The position numbers and the translations under genes were made by a program. DNA of 64,000 nucleotides, taken from contig CAWIKF010000002.1 of the NCBI GenBank assembly GCA_963836755.1, positions 896,001 to 960,000 of the forward strand, given 5' to 3'. The stretch's first letter is position 1; the number at the start of each line of letters is the position of its first letter. The notes under the pieces are model-generated. The model worked only from the letters and a program-made list of their open reading frames with translations. It was not told the DNA's origin and ran no database searches. Positions 19,370 to 28,418 of this stretch are shown one piece after another. The stretch comes from an uncultured Verrucomicrobiae bacterium. Lineage in GTDB: Bacteria > Verrucomicrobiota > Verrucomicrobiia > Chthoniobacterales > Chthoniobacteraceae.

Positions 19370-22105
19370 ATGGCCAAGAATTACAAGGAGACGCTGAATC
19401 TTCCGCGCACGGATTTCCCGATGAAAGCGGACCTCGTGCAGCGCGAGCCGCAGCGGTTGGAAAAGTGGGAGCGCGAAACCCTTTACCAGCAGATCCAGGC
19501 AGAGCGCCGCGATGCGCCTCAGTTCGTGTTGCACGACGGGCCGCCCTTCGCCAATGGCGATGTCCACATGGGCACGGCGTTAAACAAGATTTTAAAAGAT
19601 GTCATCGTCAAATCGCGGACGATGCTCGGATTTTCTGCGCCGTTCGTGCCGGGTTGGGATTGTCACGGGCTGCCGATTGAGTTCAAAGTCGTCAAGGAAT
19701 CGCGCGGTCTCACGCCGATCGAAGTGCGCCGCCGCTGCGCGGAATATGCGCTGAGCTTTGTCGACATTCAGCGCCGGCAATTCAAGCGGCTCGGCGTTTT
19801 TGGCGATTGGGAAAATCCGTATTTGACGCTAGCGCCGGGTTACGAGGCGGAGATTTTGCGCGTCTTCGCGAGCTTCGTGGAGCAAGGCCTCGTCTATCGC
19901 AGCAAGAAGCCCGTTTATTGGAGCACCGGCGCGCAAACCGCACTGGCAGAGGCGGAAATCGAATATGCGGATCGCGATGATCCCGCGATTTTTGTAAAAT
20001 TTCCGATCGTCTCCGGTCCGCTCGCGCACAAAGCGAGCATGGCGATTTGGACGACGACGCCGTGGACTTTGCCGGCGAATGTCGCGATCGCTGTTCATCC
20101 GCGGCACGGTTACGTTGTTGAAAATTTTCGCCATCGCGAAAGCGGCGAACGCGCTGCGTTTGTTGTCGCAAAAGCACTCGTCGGCGCTTTCACGCTCGCG
20201 ACGAAATGGGAGGTCGATGCAGATGCGGCCGCGACCGCAATCAGCGGCGCGGATCTGGTCGGGACGCAGACGCAACATCCGTTTTTGGAACGCACTGCGC
20301 GCGTTATCGCTGCGGATTTTGTGACGCTGGAAAGCGGGACGGGCCAGGTGCACATCGCGCCGGGGCACGGTGCTGATGACTACCTCGCAGGCGTGGAAAA
20401 CGGTCTTCCAATTTTGTCGCCAGTGGATGAGCACGGCCGTTTCACGGAGGAGGTTGGCGTGCCGGTTTGGGCGGGAAAGTATGTTTTCGATGCGAACAAG
20501 GATGTCATCGAGCATCTGCGAAAACGCGGCGCGCTGCTGGGTGAAAACATTCACAAACATTCGTATCCACATTGCTGGCGGTCGAAAACGCCTGTTGTCT
20601 TCCGGGCGGTTGAACAATTTTTCATAAAGATCGATCGACTGCGCGACGCGGCCTTGGCTGCGATCGACAAAGTCGAATGGATTCCGCAGTGGGGCCGCAA
20701 CCGCATTTACGGAACGGTCGAATCGCGGCCCGATTGGTGCATTTCGCGCCAGCGCTCATGGGGAGTGCCTTTGCCGGCTTTTTTCGATGAAAAAGGTGCG
20801 CCGATTTTGGACGCGAAGCTCGTGCGCAAACTCGCGGACTTGGTGGAGCGCGATGGAACAAATCTCTGGTTTGAAAAAGACGACGCGTGGTGGGCACAGA
20901 CGTTGAGTTTGCCTGCTGGCACGAGCCGCCGAAACGACACACTCGACGTCTGGATCGACTCCGGCGTTTCGCATGAAGCTGTTTTGCGCAAACGGATGGA
21001 GGTGGAAAAAGCGGACGTTTACATCGAGGCGACGGATCAGCACCGGGGCTGGTTTCAATCGTCGCTAATGACGGGCGTCGCGCTGCGCGGCGAAGCGCCT
21101 TACAAAACCTGTATCACTCACGGCTTCGTCGTCGACGTGGACACGCGAAAAAAAATCTCGAAGTCAGCCCAGGACGCTTATGCGAAGCCGATGGATGCTG
21201 AGCATTTCGTCAACAAATTCGGCGCGGACATCGTGCGACTTTGGGTTAGCAGCGTGAATTTCACCGATGAGGTTCCGTTCTCGGAGGAAATGTTTACGCG
21301 CCTCGCGGACACGTATCGCCGCATTCGGAACACGCTTCGCATCCTGCTCGCGAACATTGGCGATTTTCAATGCGGCGAAGACAGCGTGCCCGCATCGTGG
21401 TTCACGCTGATCGATTGCTGGATGATGGGACGGTTGCAGGAAGTCATCGCGACGTGCCGCGACGCGTATGAAAAGTTCGAATTTCACCGCGTCTATCACA
21501 CGCTCAACCAATTTTGCGCGGTCGATCTCAGCAGTCTTTACATCGACGTGACGAAGGACCGGCTCTATTGCGACAGCATCGATTCCGCGCGGCGCCGCGC
21601 GACGCAGACCGTGATGTGCGCGGTGCTCGACGCGCTCACGAAATTGCTCGCCCCGATCCTCGCATTTACCGCCGACGAAGCGTGGGAATTTGCAAAAAAA
21701 ACGCGCTCCGTGCATTTGGAAAAATGTCCGGAGCCAGACGCGGAGTGGATCAATCCGGCTGTGCAAAAGCGCATGGAGTTATTGCTGAATCTGCGCGGTA
21801 TAGTCGCTCAAAAAATCGAGGAAGCGCGGCAAGCGAAGCTGATTGGAAATTCGCTCGAAGCATCAGTGACGATTGAAACGGACGATGCGCTGCGAGATGA
21901 ATTTGCGGGTCTGGAAACTATGATGGAGGAATTTTTCATCGTGAGCGAAATCAAGCTGGCTGCTGGCGCGGAAACGCGCGCGATTGTCACGTGCACGCCG
22001 CATGAAAAATGCCCCCGCTGCTGGCGTCACCGGCCGTTCGTGAGAACGGAAAATCCGGATTGTGAATTGTGCGACCGTTGTGCCGAGGTGGTTGGCTGCG
22101 CATGA
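19370..22105 (+). CDS. ileS: Isoleucine--tRNA ligase (type 1)
   Basis: YKETLNLP, HDGPPFANG, GWDCHGLPIE, WTTTPWTLP, KISKS, C-terminal CPRCW..CDRC zinc site. Confidence 0.97.
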   Translation: MAKNYKETLNLPRTDFPMKADLVQREPQRLEKWERETLYQQIQAERRDAPQFVLHDGPPFANGDVHMGTALNKILKDVIVKSRTMLGFSAPFVPGWDCHGLPIEFKVVKESRGLTPIEVRRRCAEYALSFVDIQRRQFKRLGVFGDWENPYLTLAPGYEAEILRVFASFVEQGLVYRSKKPVYWSTGAQTALAEAEIEYADRDDPAIFVKFPIVSGPLAHKASMAIWTTTPWTLPANVAIAVHPRHGYVVENFRHRESGERAAFVVAKALVGAFTLATKWEVDADAAATAISGADLVGTQTQHPFLERTARVIAADFVTLESGTGQVHIAPGHGADDYLAGVENGLPILSPVDEHGRFTEEVGVPVWAGKYVFDANKDVIEHLRKRGALLGENIHKHSYPHCWRSKTPVVFRAVEQFFIKIDRLRDAALAAIDKVEWIPQWGRNRIYGTVESRPDWCISRQRSWGVPLPAFFDEKGAPILDAKLVRKLADLVERDGTNLWFEKDDAWWAQTLSLPAGTSRRNDTLDVWIDSGVSHEAVLRKRMEVEKADVYIEATDQHRGWFQSSLMTGVALRGEAPYKTCITHGFVVDVDTRKKISKSAQDAYAKPMDAEHFVNKFGADIVRLWVSSVNFTDEVPFSEEMFTRLADTYRRIRNTLRILLANIGDFQCGEDSVPASWFTLIDCWMMGRLQEVIATCRDAYEKFEFHRVYHTLNQFCAVDLSSLYIDVTKDRLYCDSIDSARRRATQTVMCAVLDALTKLLAPILAFTADEAWEFAKKTRSVHLEKCPEPDAEWINPAVQKRMELLLNLRGIVAQKIEEARQAKLIGNSLEASVTIETDDALRDEFAGLETMMEEFFIVSEIKLAAGAETRAIVTCTPHEKCPRCWRHRPFVRTENPDCELCDRCAEVVGCA

Positions 22106-22572
22106 AGCTGCTGTTTTTGGTCACGCTGCCGCTTTACACGCTCGATCAAATCACGAAGTGGCTCGTCGTGCATTCGATACCATACGAATCCGGCCGCACA
22201 GTCTTCCCGGATTTTTTCGTGCTCGTCTATTTTGGAAACACCGGCGCGGCGTTCAGCTCGTTCACCAACAGCAACACGTTTTTCATTGTTTTATCAATGT
22301 TCGCACTGTGCGTGGTATCCGTTTATGCGTGGCGCGGAGCTTTTAGCGCATTCTGGACTCGCTTGGGAGTGGCGCTTCTGTGCGCGGGCGTGCTTGGAAA
22401 TTTGACCGACCGCATCGTCCGTCATCACGTCGTCGATTTTTTGCTGTTCGACCTGCACGTTCCGTTTGCGCACCCGTGGCCCGCTTTTAATGTCGCCGAT
22501 TCCTGCATCTGCATCGCGACCGTGTTGTTCATCATCACGTCGCTGCACACGCCCGATCGGCGGTCTCGCTAG
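22102..22572 (+). CDS. lspA: Lipoprotein signal peptidase II
   Basis: DQITK, NTGAAFS, GNLTDR, VVDF, FNVADS; ATGA-coupled to ileS. Confidence 0.93.
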   Translation: MKLLFLVTLPLYTLDQITKWLVVHSIPYESGRTVFPDFFVLVYFGNTGAAFSSFTNSNTFFIVLSMFALCVVSVYAWRGAFSAFWTRLGVALLCAGVLGNLTDRIVRHHVVDFLLFDLHVPFAHPWPAFNVADSCICIATVLFIITSLHTPDRRSR

Positions 22573-22662
22573 GAGAACAATTTGGCGTGAATCACGCGCA
22601 GAGTCGGTTCGCTTCCCGATTCTAATATAGAACACAGATAATCGCTGGGAGGTGAAACTAAC

Positions 22663-22833
22663 ATGCTATCTTGGGCACTTACATTTCTAGTCATCGCTCT
22701 GATTGCGGGACTTTTGGGCTTCGTCGGCATTGCGGGAACCGCGGCATATATCGCAAAGGTATTGTTCGTAGTTTTCCTCGTGCTGTTCCTAGTCTCGTTG
22801 GTCATGGGGCGCAGAAGTCCGCCGCTGACTTAA
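22663..22833 (+). CDS. DUF1328 (UPF0391/YtjA-like) small membrane protein, 56 aa, absent from the ORF track
   Basis: Hand translation [66 protein letters not shown] upstream. Confidence 0.9.
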   Translation: MLSWALTFLVIALIAGLLGFVGIAGTAAYIAKVLFVVFLVLFLVSLVMGRRSPPLT

Positions 22834-22852
22834 CAAAAAATCGCATGAATTG

Positions 22853-22885
22853 AGCGGGCCGGAGAAATCCGGCTCGCTTTTTTTT
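22853..22885 (+). terminator. Intrinsic terminator between the DUF1328 gene and the convergent smc
   Basis: AGCGGGCCGGA-GAAA-TCCGGCTCGCT stem-loop followed by a T run. Confidence 0.8.
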
Positions 22886-25800
22886 AGCCAACGGCGTGCT
22901 CGCTGTGGAGATTACCGGTTTTTCCAAAACTCTCTGCCAGGCTCAGCACCGGCGAAAAGTTCGCCGTGCCGATGATGTCTGACGATCCAATCGATTCTTC
23001 CCGCTTTGCAAAACGGACGCCGACAAGCTTTGAAATCCCATGCTCCTCCATCGTAACACCGTAGAGCGCGTCGGCTTTCGCGATGGTCCGCTTGTTGTGC
23101 GAGATGACGACGAACTGGCTCTGCGAGACGAATCGGTCGAGGATTTTGATGAACCGGTTGATGTTCGATTCATCGAGCGGCGCATCCATTTCATCGAGCA
23201 CGCAAAACGGACTCGGCTTGACCATGTAGATGGAAAAAAGCAGCGCCACAGCGGTCATCGTTTTTTCGCCGCCTGAGAGCAGCGAGATCGATTGCAACTG
23301 CTTGCCCGGCGGTTTCGCGATGATGTCGATGCCGCTTTCCAGCGGATCGCTTTCGTCGAGCAGGAGGAGATTCGCGTGCCCGCCGCCGAAAATCTCGAGA
23401 AACATTTCTTTGAAATTTACGCGCACCTGCTCAAACGTTTCCGCGAACATCTTCTTCGTCGTCGAATTGATTTTCGCGATGACGTCGAGCAGCTCGTTTT
23501 TTGAGTTGGTCAAATCCGTGAATTGTTGCTCGAGAAAAGTATGACGCTGCTCGAGCTCGTCGTATTCCTGAATCGCGTCAAGGTTGATAGGCCCCATCGC
23601 GTCGAGCCGCTGATTCATTTCCGCGACGATGGCTTCGATTTTTTCCCAATCGATGCGCACTTCTTCTGGAGGTTCATTCTCATTTTCCGAAATCGACTGC
23701 GCGTCCGCTTCCGCAGTTTCCGCGGACTGCCGCGCACGTTTGCTTTGTTCGCGCAGAGTGCAGTGCAGCGCGTAGTGGTCCGCCTTGAATTCGTGGAGCT
23801 CAATTTGGTAGCGCCGCATGATGTGCGCGGACAAATTTTCGAGCCGCAGTTGAAGTTGCGTTTGTTTAACTTCCCGTTGTCCGCGCTGATCGTGGCATTC
23901 GGTCAATTGCCGGCGCAGAATGCGAAGCGTCGCATCCAGCGATTCAATCTCGGATGCAAAGCCGCTTCGCTCTGCAATCAAAGTTCCGACGCGTAAATCC
24001 GCCTCAGCCGATTTTGCCCGCGTGCTCTCGATTTCCTGTTTAATTCTCGCCGATTCTGCGGCCAAAGTTTCCGATTTCTCGCGGTAGTTTTTGATTTCAT
24101 CCATCCGCTGCTCGACCAAATCGCGTAACTCCTGCAAACGCGCCGCCATCGGTTGACGCTGGTTGTTTAAACTCGCGTAGCGTTGCTTTTCCGTTGCGAC
24201 TTTGATGCGCAAATCATTCATCTCAGCGCTGCGGACCGATTCCTTTGCACGCAATCCGTCGAGTTCCGTTTGCAGAGAAGCTTGCCGCGACTGCAACTCC
24301 TCGAGGCTTGCCGCAGCTTGCGCGAGTTCACTTTCGCGCCCGCTCAAATGATCAACGGCTTCGGAGTGGCGGTTTTCAATGTTCTGGCGTTCCCGCTGCA
24401 AGTTTTCCGATTTGCCCGCAGTCTCTCTCGTTTCCCGCTCAATCGCCTCCAGCTGGCCGCACAAGGTCGAGACGCGCAGCGTGAGTTTCTGCATTTCCTC
24501 GCGGACCGCCTCGAGCCGTGCTTTGCCTGCCTCAAGCTCCTCGCAAACTTTGATGCGCTCAGCAACTTTGCCCGCGATGGATTTCTCGAGCGCCTCGACT
24601 TCAGTAGCGAGAGAGGTGATTTGGTTTTTGCGCTCGAGCATCGACGCGCCTGCCTCGCCCGTCGCGCCGCCGCTCAAGATACCGTCACGCGAAAAGCGTT
24701 CACCTGCCAGCGTGACGAGATGAAAGCCGTGCGCGCGCAGTCGGAACGCATCCTCGAGATTTTCCACAATTAAAACCCCGCGGAGCAGATGGAAAACAAG
24801 CGGTTCCACTTCAGAATCTGCCTTCACCCGATCCGCCGCCCATGCAATCGCTCCTTCTGGAAGCTCCGCCGAAATGTTTTCAGGCGCGGGAAAAAATTCG
24901 CGCAAAGCCAGCGATGCGCGTCCGAGTTTTTTGGCCGCGAGCGTTTTCAAGACGGATTCGGCGACCGCTTTGTCTTTCATAACGATCGTCTGCAGATTTT
25001 GTCCCAAGGCTGCCTCGATCGCTGGGATGAACTTTGGTTCCACCACGATGTGCGCCGCAAGCGCGCCGAGAATCGATGGCTTGAAAAAATCGCGATTGTC
25101 CAGCCCACGCAGCACAGCCTGCGTTCCTTCCGCAAAGCCCTGGCCGCTTTCATTCAATTGCCGCAGCACTTCGAGTCGCGATCCTTTTTCAGCAAGCGAG
25201 CGATTTTCCGCGGCCAGGATCTTGTCGATTTCCGCGACCTCCGCCGAGACCGTCTGCGTCTGTGTTTCCGCTTGCTGTGCCTGCTCCTGCTGCGAATGCA
25301 ACACGTTGGTCGCTTGTAAAACTTCTGCTGAAACCTCGTCGTGCTGTTGCGCCAGTCGCGCCGCGGTGCCGGCGAGCATTTCGATTTCGCCCTGCAAAAT
25401 TCCCATCCGCGTTTCGCTCCCATCGCGCAAATTCACGAGGCTCGAAATTTCGCCGCGCAAGCTGTGCAGGCGGCTTTCGAGTTTTGCGATCGAACCAAAG
25501 GCTTCCTTCACGGCGTTTTCGCGGTCCACCCGCTGAGCGCTGAGCGCGTTGACCTCGCGCATTTTTTCATCAAACCGTTCCTGTTCGCCGCGCAGCGTGT
25601 CGGAGATTTGCTCCAGCTCGAGATCGGTGTTTTCGATCTGCGTTTGCTGCACCGAAAGTTTCTCCTGAGCCGCGGCGATGTCGCGGCCGTAGCGATCCAT
25701 CAAAGTCGCAAACTCCGTGATTCGCTCGGTGTTGAAACCGATCCGGTTTTCCGCGTTCGCGATGTGATTCTTTAAATCCTGCACAGCCTGGCGCGCCGCA

Positions 25801-26651
25801 TTGAGAGCGGCTTCCAATCCCTCCAGTTGCCGTCGGCGACCTGCGATTTCCGATTCCTGATTCTCGATCTCGCTCTCGTGATTCGCCTGCACTTCGCGCA
25901 AACGCTCGATCTCCGCCTCGGTTTCGTGCCGCGCAGCCTCGTGCGTCTCAAATTGCTGGCGCGCATGATGCGTCTCCAAAGTCCTCAAATCCGCGAGCAG
26001 CACCTGATAGCGTCGCGCCTTCCCCGCCTGCCGTTGCAGCGAACCGATCTGGCGCTTCACCTCGCGGATCACATCCGTCACGCGCAGCAAATTCGCCTCG
26101 GTCGCCTCCAGTTTGCGCAGTGCTTCCCGGCGCTGGGATTTAAACTTTGTGATGCCAGCCGCTTCCTCGAAGATCGCGCGCCGATCCTCCGGCTTCGAGC
26201 TCAGGATCAAATCGATCTTCCCTTGTTCCATGATCGAGTAGGCGCTCCGGCCGATGCCGGTATCCATGAAAAGATTGTGGATATCGCGCAACCGGCACGG
26301 CGTTTTGTTGAGCAAATATTCCGACGCGCCGTCGCGGAAGACCCGCCGCGTGATTCGCACCTCATTATAATCGACGCCGAGTTCCTTTTCGCATTCCGCG
26401 AAAGTCAGCGACACCTCCGCCATTCCCAGCGCCGGCCGCGCATCGGTGCCGGAAAAGATGACATCCGACATCTCGCCGCCTCGCAAAGCCTTGGCAGATT
26501 GCTCGCCGAGCACCCATCGCATCGCATCGAGCACGTTGGATTTTCCGCAGCCGTTTGGCCCGACGATCGCCGTCACCCCCGGGTGAAAGTTGAGGACAGT
26601 CTTTGACGCGAAAGACTTAAAACCGACAAGTTCGAGGGAGTGGAGATACAT
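22884..26651 (-). CDS. smc: Chromosome segregation protein SMC
   Basis: GPNGCGKSN, long coiled coils with hinge, LSGGE, LDEMDAPLD. Confidence 0.96.
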   Translation of the reverse strand: MYLHSLELVGFKSFASKTVLNFHPGVTAIVGPNGCGKSNVLDAMRWVLGEQSAKALRGGEMSDVIFSGTDARPALGMAEVSLTFAECEKELGVDYNEVRITRRVFRDGASEYLLNKTPCRLRDIHNLFMDTGIGRSAYSIMEQGKIDLILSSKPEDRRAIFEEAAGITKFKSQRREALRKLEATEANLLRVTDVIREVKRQIGSLQRQAGKARRYQVLLADLRTLETHHARQQFETHEAARHETEAEIERLREVQANHESEIENQESEIAGRRRQLEGLEAALNAARQAVQDLKNHIANAENRIGFNTERITEFATLMDRYGRDIAAAQEKLSVQQTQIENTDLELEQISDTLRGEQERFDEKMREVNALSAQRVDRENAVKEAFGSIAKLESRLHSLRGEISSLVNLRDGSETRMGILQGEIEMLAGTAARLAQQHDEVSAEVLQATNVLHSQQEQAQQAETQTQTVSAEVAEIDKILAAENRSLAEKGSRLEVLRQLNESGQGFAEGTQAVLRGLDNRDFFKPSILGALAAHIVVEPKFIPAIEAALGQNLQTIVMKDKAVAESVLKTLAAKKLGRASLALREFFPAPENISAELPEGAIAWAADRVKADSEVEPLVFHLLRGVLIVENLEDAFRLRAHGFHLVTLAGERFSRDGILSGGATGEAGASMLERKNQITSLATEVEALEKSIAGKVAERIKVCEELEAGKARLEAVREEMQKLTLRVSTLCGQLEAIERETRETAGKSENLQRERQNIENRHSEAVDHLSGRESELAQAAASLEELQSRQASLQTELDGLRAKESVRSAEMNDLRIKVATEKQRYASLNNQRQPMAARLQELRDLVEQRMDEIKNYREKSETLAAESARIKQEIESTRAKSAEADLRVGTLIAERSGFASEIESLDATLRILRRQLTECHDQRGQREVKQTQLQLRLENLSAHIMRRYQIELHEFKADHYALHCTLREQSKRARQSAETAEADAQSISENENEPPEEVRIDWEKIEAIVAEMNQRLDAMGPINLDAIQEYDELEQRHTFLEQQFTDLTNSKNELLDVIAKINSTTKKMFAETFEQVRVNFKEMFLEIFGGGHANLLLLDESDPLESGIDIIAKPPGKQLQSISLLSGGEKTMTAVALLFSIYMVKPSPFCVLDEMDAPLDESNINRFIKILDRFVSQSQFVVISHNKRTIAKADALYGVTMEEHGISKLVGVRFAKREESIGSSDIIGTANFSPVLSLAESFGKTGNLHSEHAVG

Positions 26652-26660
26652 TTGCGCGTC

Positions 26661-26689
26661 AGGCTAAACGCGCGCCGAAAACGGCGCAA
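26661..26689 (-). promoter_or_regulatory. Putative sigma70-type promoter of smc (near-leaderless)
   Basis: Minus strand TTGCGC-17 nt-TAGCCT, 9 nt before the ATG. Confidence 0.55.
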
Positions 26690-26737
26690 GCACAATATCT
26701 TGTGCTTTGCGGAACGGGGACGCACTACATAGCGGCA
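26690..26737. promoter_or_regulatory. Tandem NrdR-box-like operators upstream of smc
   Basis: GCACAATATCTTGTGC (26690-26705, near-palindromic) and GCACTACATAGCGGCA (26722-26737), 32 bp apart. Confidence 0.6.
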
Positions 26738-26792
26738 ACGCGCCGAATGCGGCAACCGCTCTTCCGAGCAACCAGATCAGCGCCGGGCGTGG

Positions 26793-27341
26793 CTACGCTT
26801 TGGTAAAAGTCAGCACGAGCACGAACTTTCTCCCCACCCATTTCGTTACCTCCGGCTTCCCCTCAAAACGGATGATTTGATGCCCAGCCGAAACGGGGAA
26901 CGCAAACGTAACCGCCTTGTCAAAGTCGGCCACCCCGTCCATTCCGATGATCTTGCAGGTCTCGAGCACCGGCGAATTCGTCGCGGAGTGCTCCGCGAAG
27001 CCGAGGAACTGCGTCTGGTCGAAATCCATTGTGTAGCGGACACGATTCCCCTCCTGAGTCGGCAAAACCGAAAGCGTCACACCGATGGGGAACGTCCCCT
27101 TGCCCGGCACCTCCAGAATGCGCGTCATCTCGATCTTGCACCGCACGCCAGAGCGCGTCGTCAGCGATGGGGGAGAGAGGACATCCACACCGCGCTGGTT
27201 GTAAAGCTTCGTGATGTCGCTTGGCACCTTGATCGTGGCCGGGACTTCAATCATTCGAGCGTGCACCGATACGGAAGGTTCCGCGGCCATGGCCCACCCT
27301 GGCAATGCCAGCGCGAGTAGGAGTGGGAGATTAATGTTCAT
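26793..27341 (-). CDS. Secreted protein resembling a minimal secretin core domain
   Basis: Signal peptide; VHARMIEV, GVDVLSPPSLTTRSG, IGVTLSVLP, SPVLET, KFVLVLT in secretin motif order. Confidence 0.6.
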   Translation of the reverse strand: MNINLPLLLALALPGWAMAAEPSVSVHARMIEVPATIKVPSDITKLYNQRGVDVLSPPSLTTRSGVRCKIEMTRILEVPGKGTFPIGVTLSVLPTQEGNRVRYTMDFDQTQFLGFAEHSATNSPVLETCKIIGMDGVADFDKAVTFAFPVSAGHQIIRFEGKPEVTKWVGRKFVLVLTFTKA

Positions 27342-27601
27342 GGGAGTAATGGATTAAAGGAACGATGAGTTTGACCTGACATCTCGAGACGCAGCAACAG
27401 GCTGGCGAAGTCAAGCGACGGTTGATTCATTGTCGCGTTTGATGAGCTTGGTTGCGGAACTTGCGGCCGTTGAAGATAAGTGCCGGTCCTAGGATTAGCT
27501 TCGCGCGGTATTTGAATAGCGTGTAAAAGTTATAACGATCTCGCGGAGGTGCGTGGGACTGCTTGGTTCTTGCATTGTTTGGACTAAAGGTTCGCGCAGT
27601 C

Positions 27602-27661
27602 GCCTAACGAGAACAAGCTTAACTACAGGCTGAGCTTATTAGCTGCATCGCATGGTTACTA
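27602..27661 (-). mobile_element. Integron attC-like site (degenerate, no integrase in window)
   Basis: Minus strand TAGTAAC-catgcg-ATGCAGC...gcttgttctc-GTTAGGC with internal inverted repeat; starts right after an ORF stop. Confidence 0.4.
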
Positions 27662-27662
27662 C

Positions 27663-27818
27663 TCATCGGATATGTCGCGACATGAACTGATAGTGGCTCG
27701 ACGATGGGAGGGGGGTGATGTTGTCTTCGACTGCCTGATCGATAAAGCCGCGTTTGGCTCGTTTTGATGCGGGCGTCGGGGTTGGCGTGGGGTCTGGTGC
27801 TGGTGTTGAATTGCTCAT
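27663..27818 (-). pseudogene. 51-aa ORF, probably the truncated 5' end of a longer gene
   Basis: MSNSTPAPDPTPTPTPASKRAKRGFIDQAVEDNITPLPSSSHYQFMSRHIR*; A/C-rich leader (aaccaacaaaATG). Confidence 0.35.
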
Positions 27819-27916
27819 TTTGTTGGTTTTTTTGGTGGTTTGCGGGAGATTTTGCCGAATGAAGGCTGGAGTGACCTTTAAAGTGTCCGATTTCTGCTGG
27901 GATCGACCCCGAATTG

Positions 27917-28105
27917 GATTAAATGGATGTCCGATATCGTTTCCTGGACGTCCGATAGCCCTAAACAGGTATCTTTTCCCGTTTCCTCGATGTCCGTTCC
28001 GGTTTCAGCGGCGCCGGGTCCGGCTTCATCGACGGCCGTTGCGGCATAGGCGATGCCGGTTCCGGTCTCCACGATGTCGGTTCCGGCCCCATCGGCGGCC
28101 GATCC
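27917..28105. repeat. Degenerate tandem repeat, about 9 units of 21 bp
   Basis: Units such as cgtttcctcgatgtccgttcc, ggtctccacgatgtcggttcc, ggcataggcgatgccggttcc in exact 21-bp register. Confidence 0.7.
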
Positions 28106-28418
28106 GGGGTGCGAGACGGGTCGGCGAATCGCTCGCGCCGCGTGATTGGGTCCGCTCGGGTCCGTTGGGTTGGGTGTCATCTTCGCCGCCTGCCTCGGGA
28201 TCACGTGCGGGAATTCCATGCGGAGTGGCGAGTTCTTTTTGAGAAATTGTCTGCCCAGTTTGAAAAAGTTTGCGCAATCGGATGCGCGAGGGGTTGCTGA
28301 GGCGACAGGCGTTCATTCGAAAAGTGCGATCAATGGCGCGCACGCTGCCAATGTTAAGATTGTGCGACGGGTCGTCCGGCGGATTGCATGCGGGACGGGT
28401 TGCGATGTAAGGTGCGCG

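Noticed and set aside
22569..22853. ORF-track calls 22569-22805 (-) and 22671-22853 (+)
   Set aside because: Alternative frames over the recognisable DUF1328 gene at 22663-22833
27917..28105. CRISPR array
   Set aside because: Units are contiguous and degenerate with no unique spacers, and no cas genes are present
27754..28242. 162-aa Arg-rich plus-strand ORF
   Set aside because: Low-complexity reading of the 21-bp repeat with a TTG start and no recognisable motif
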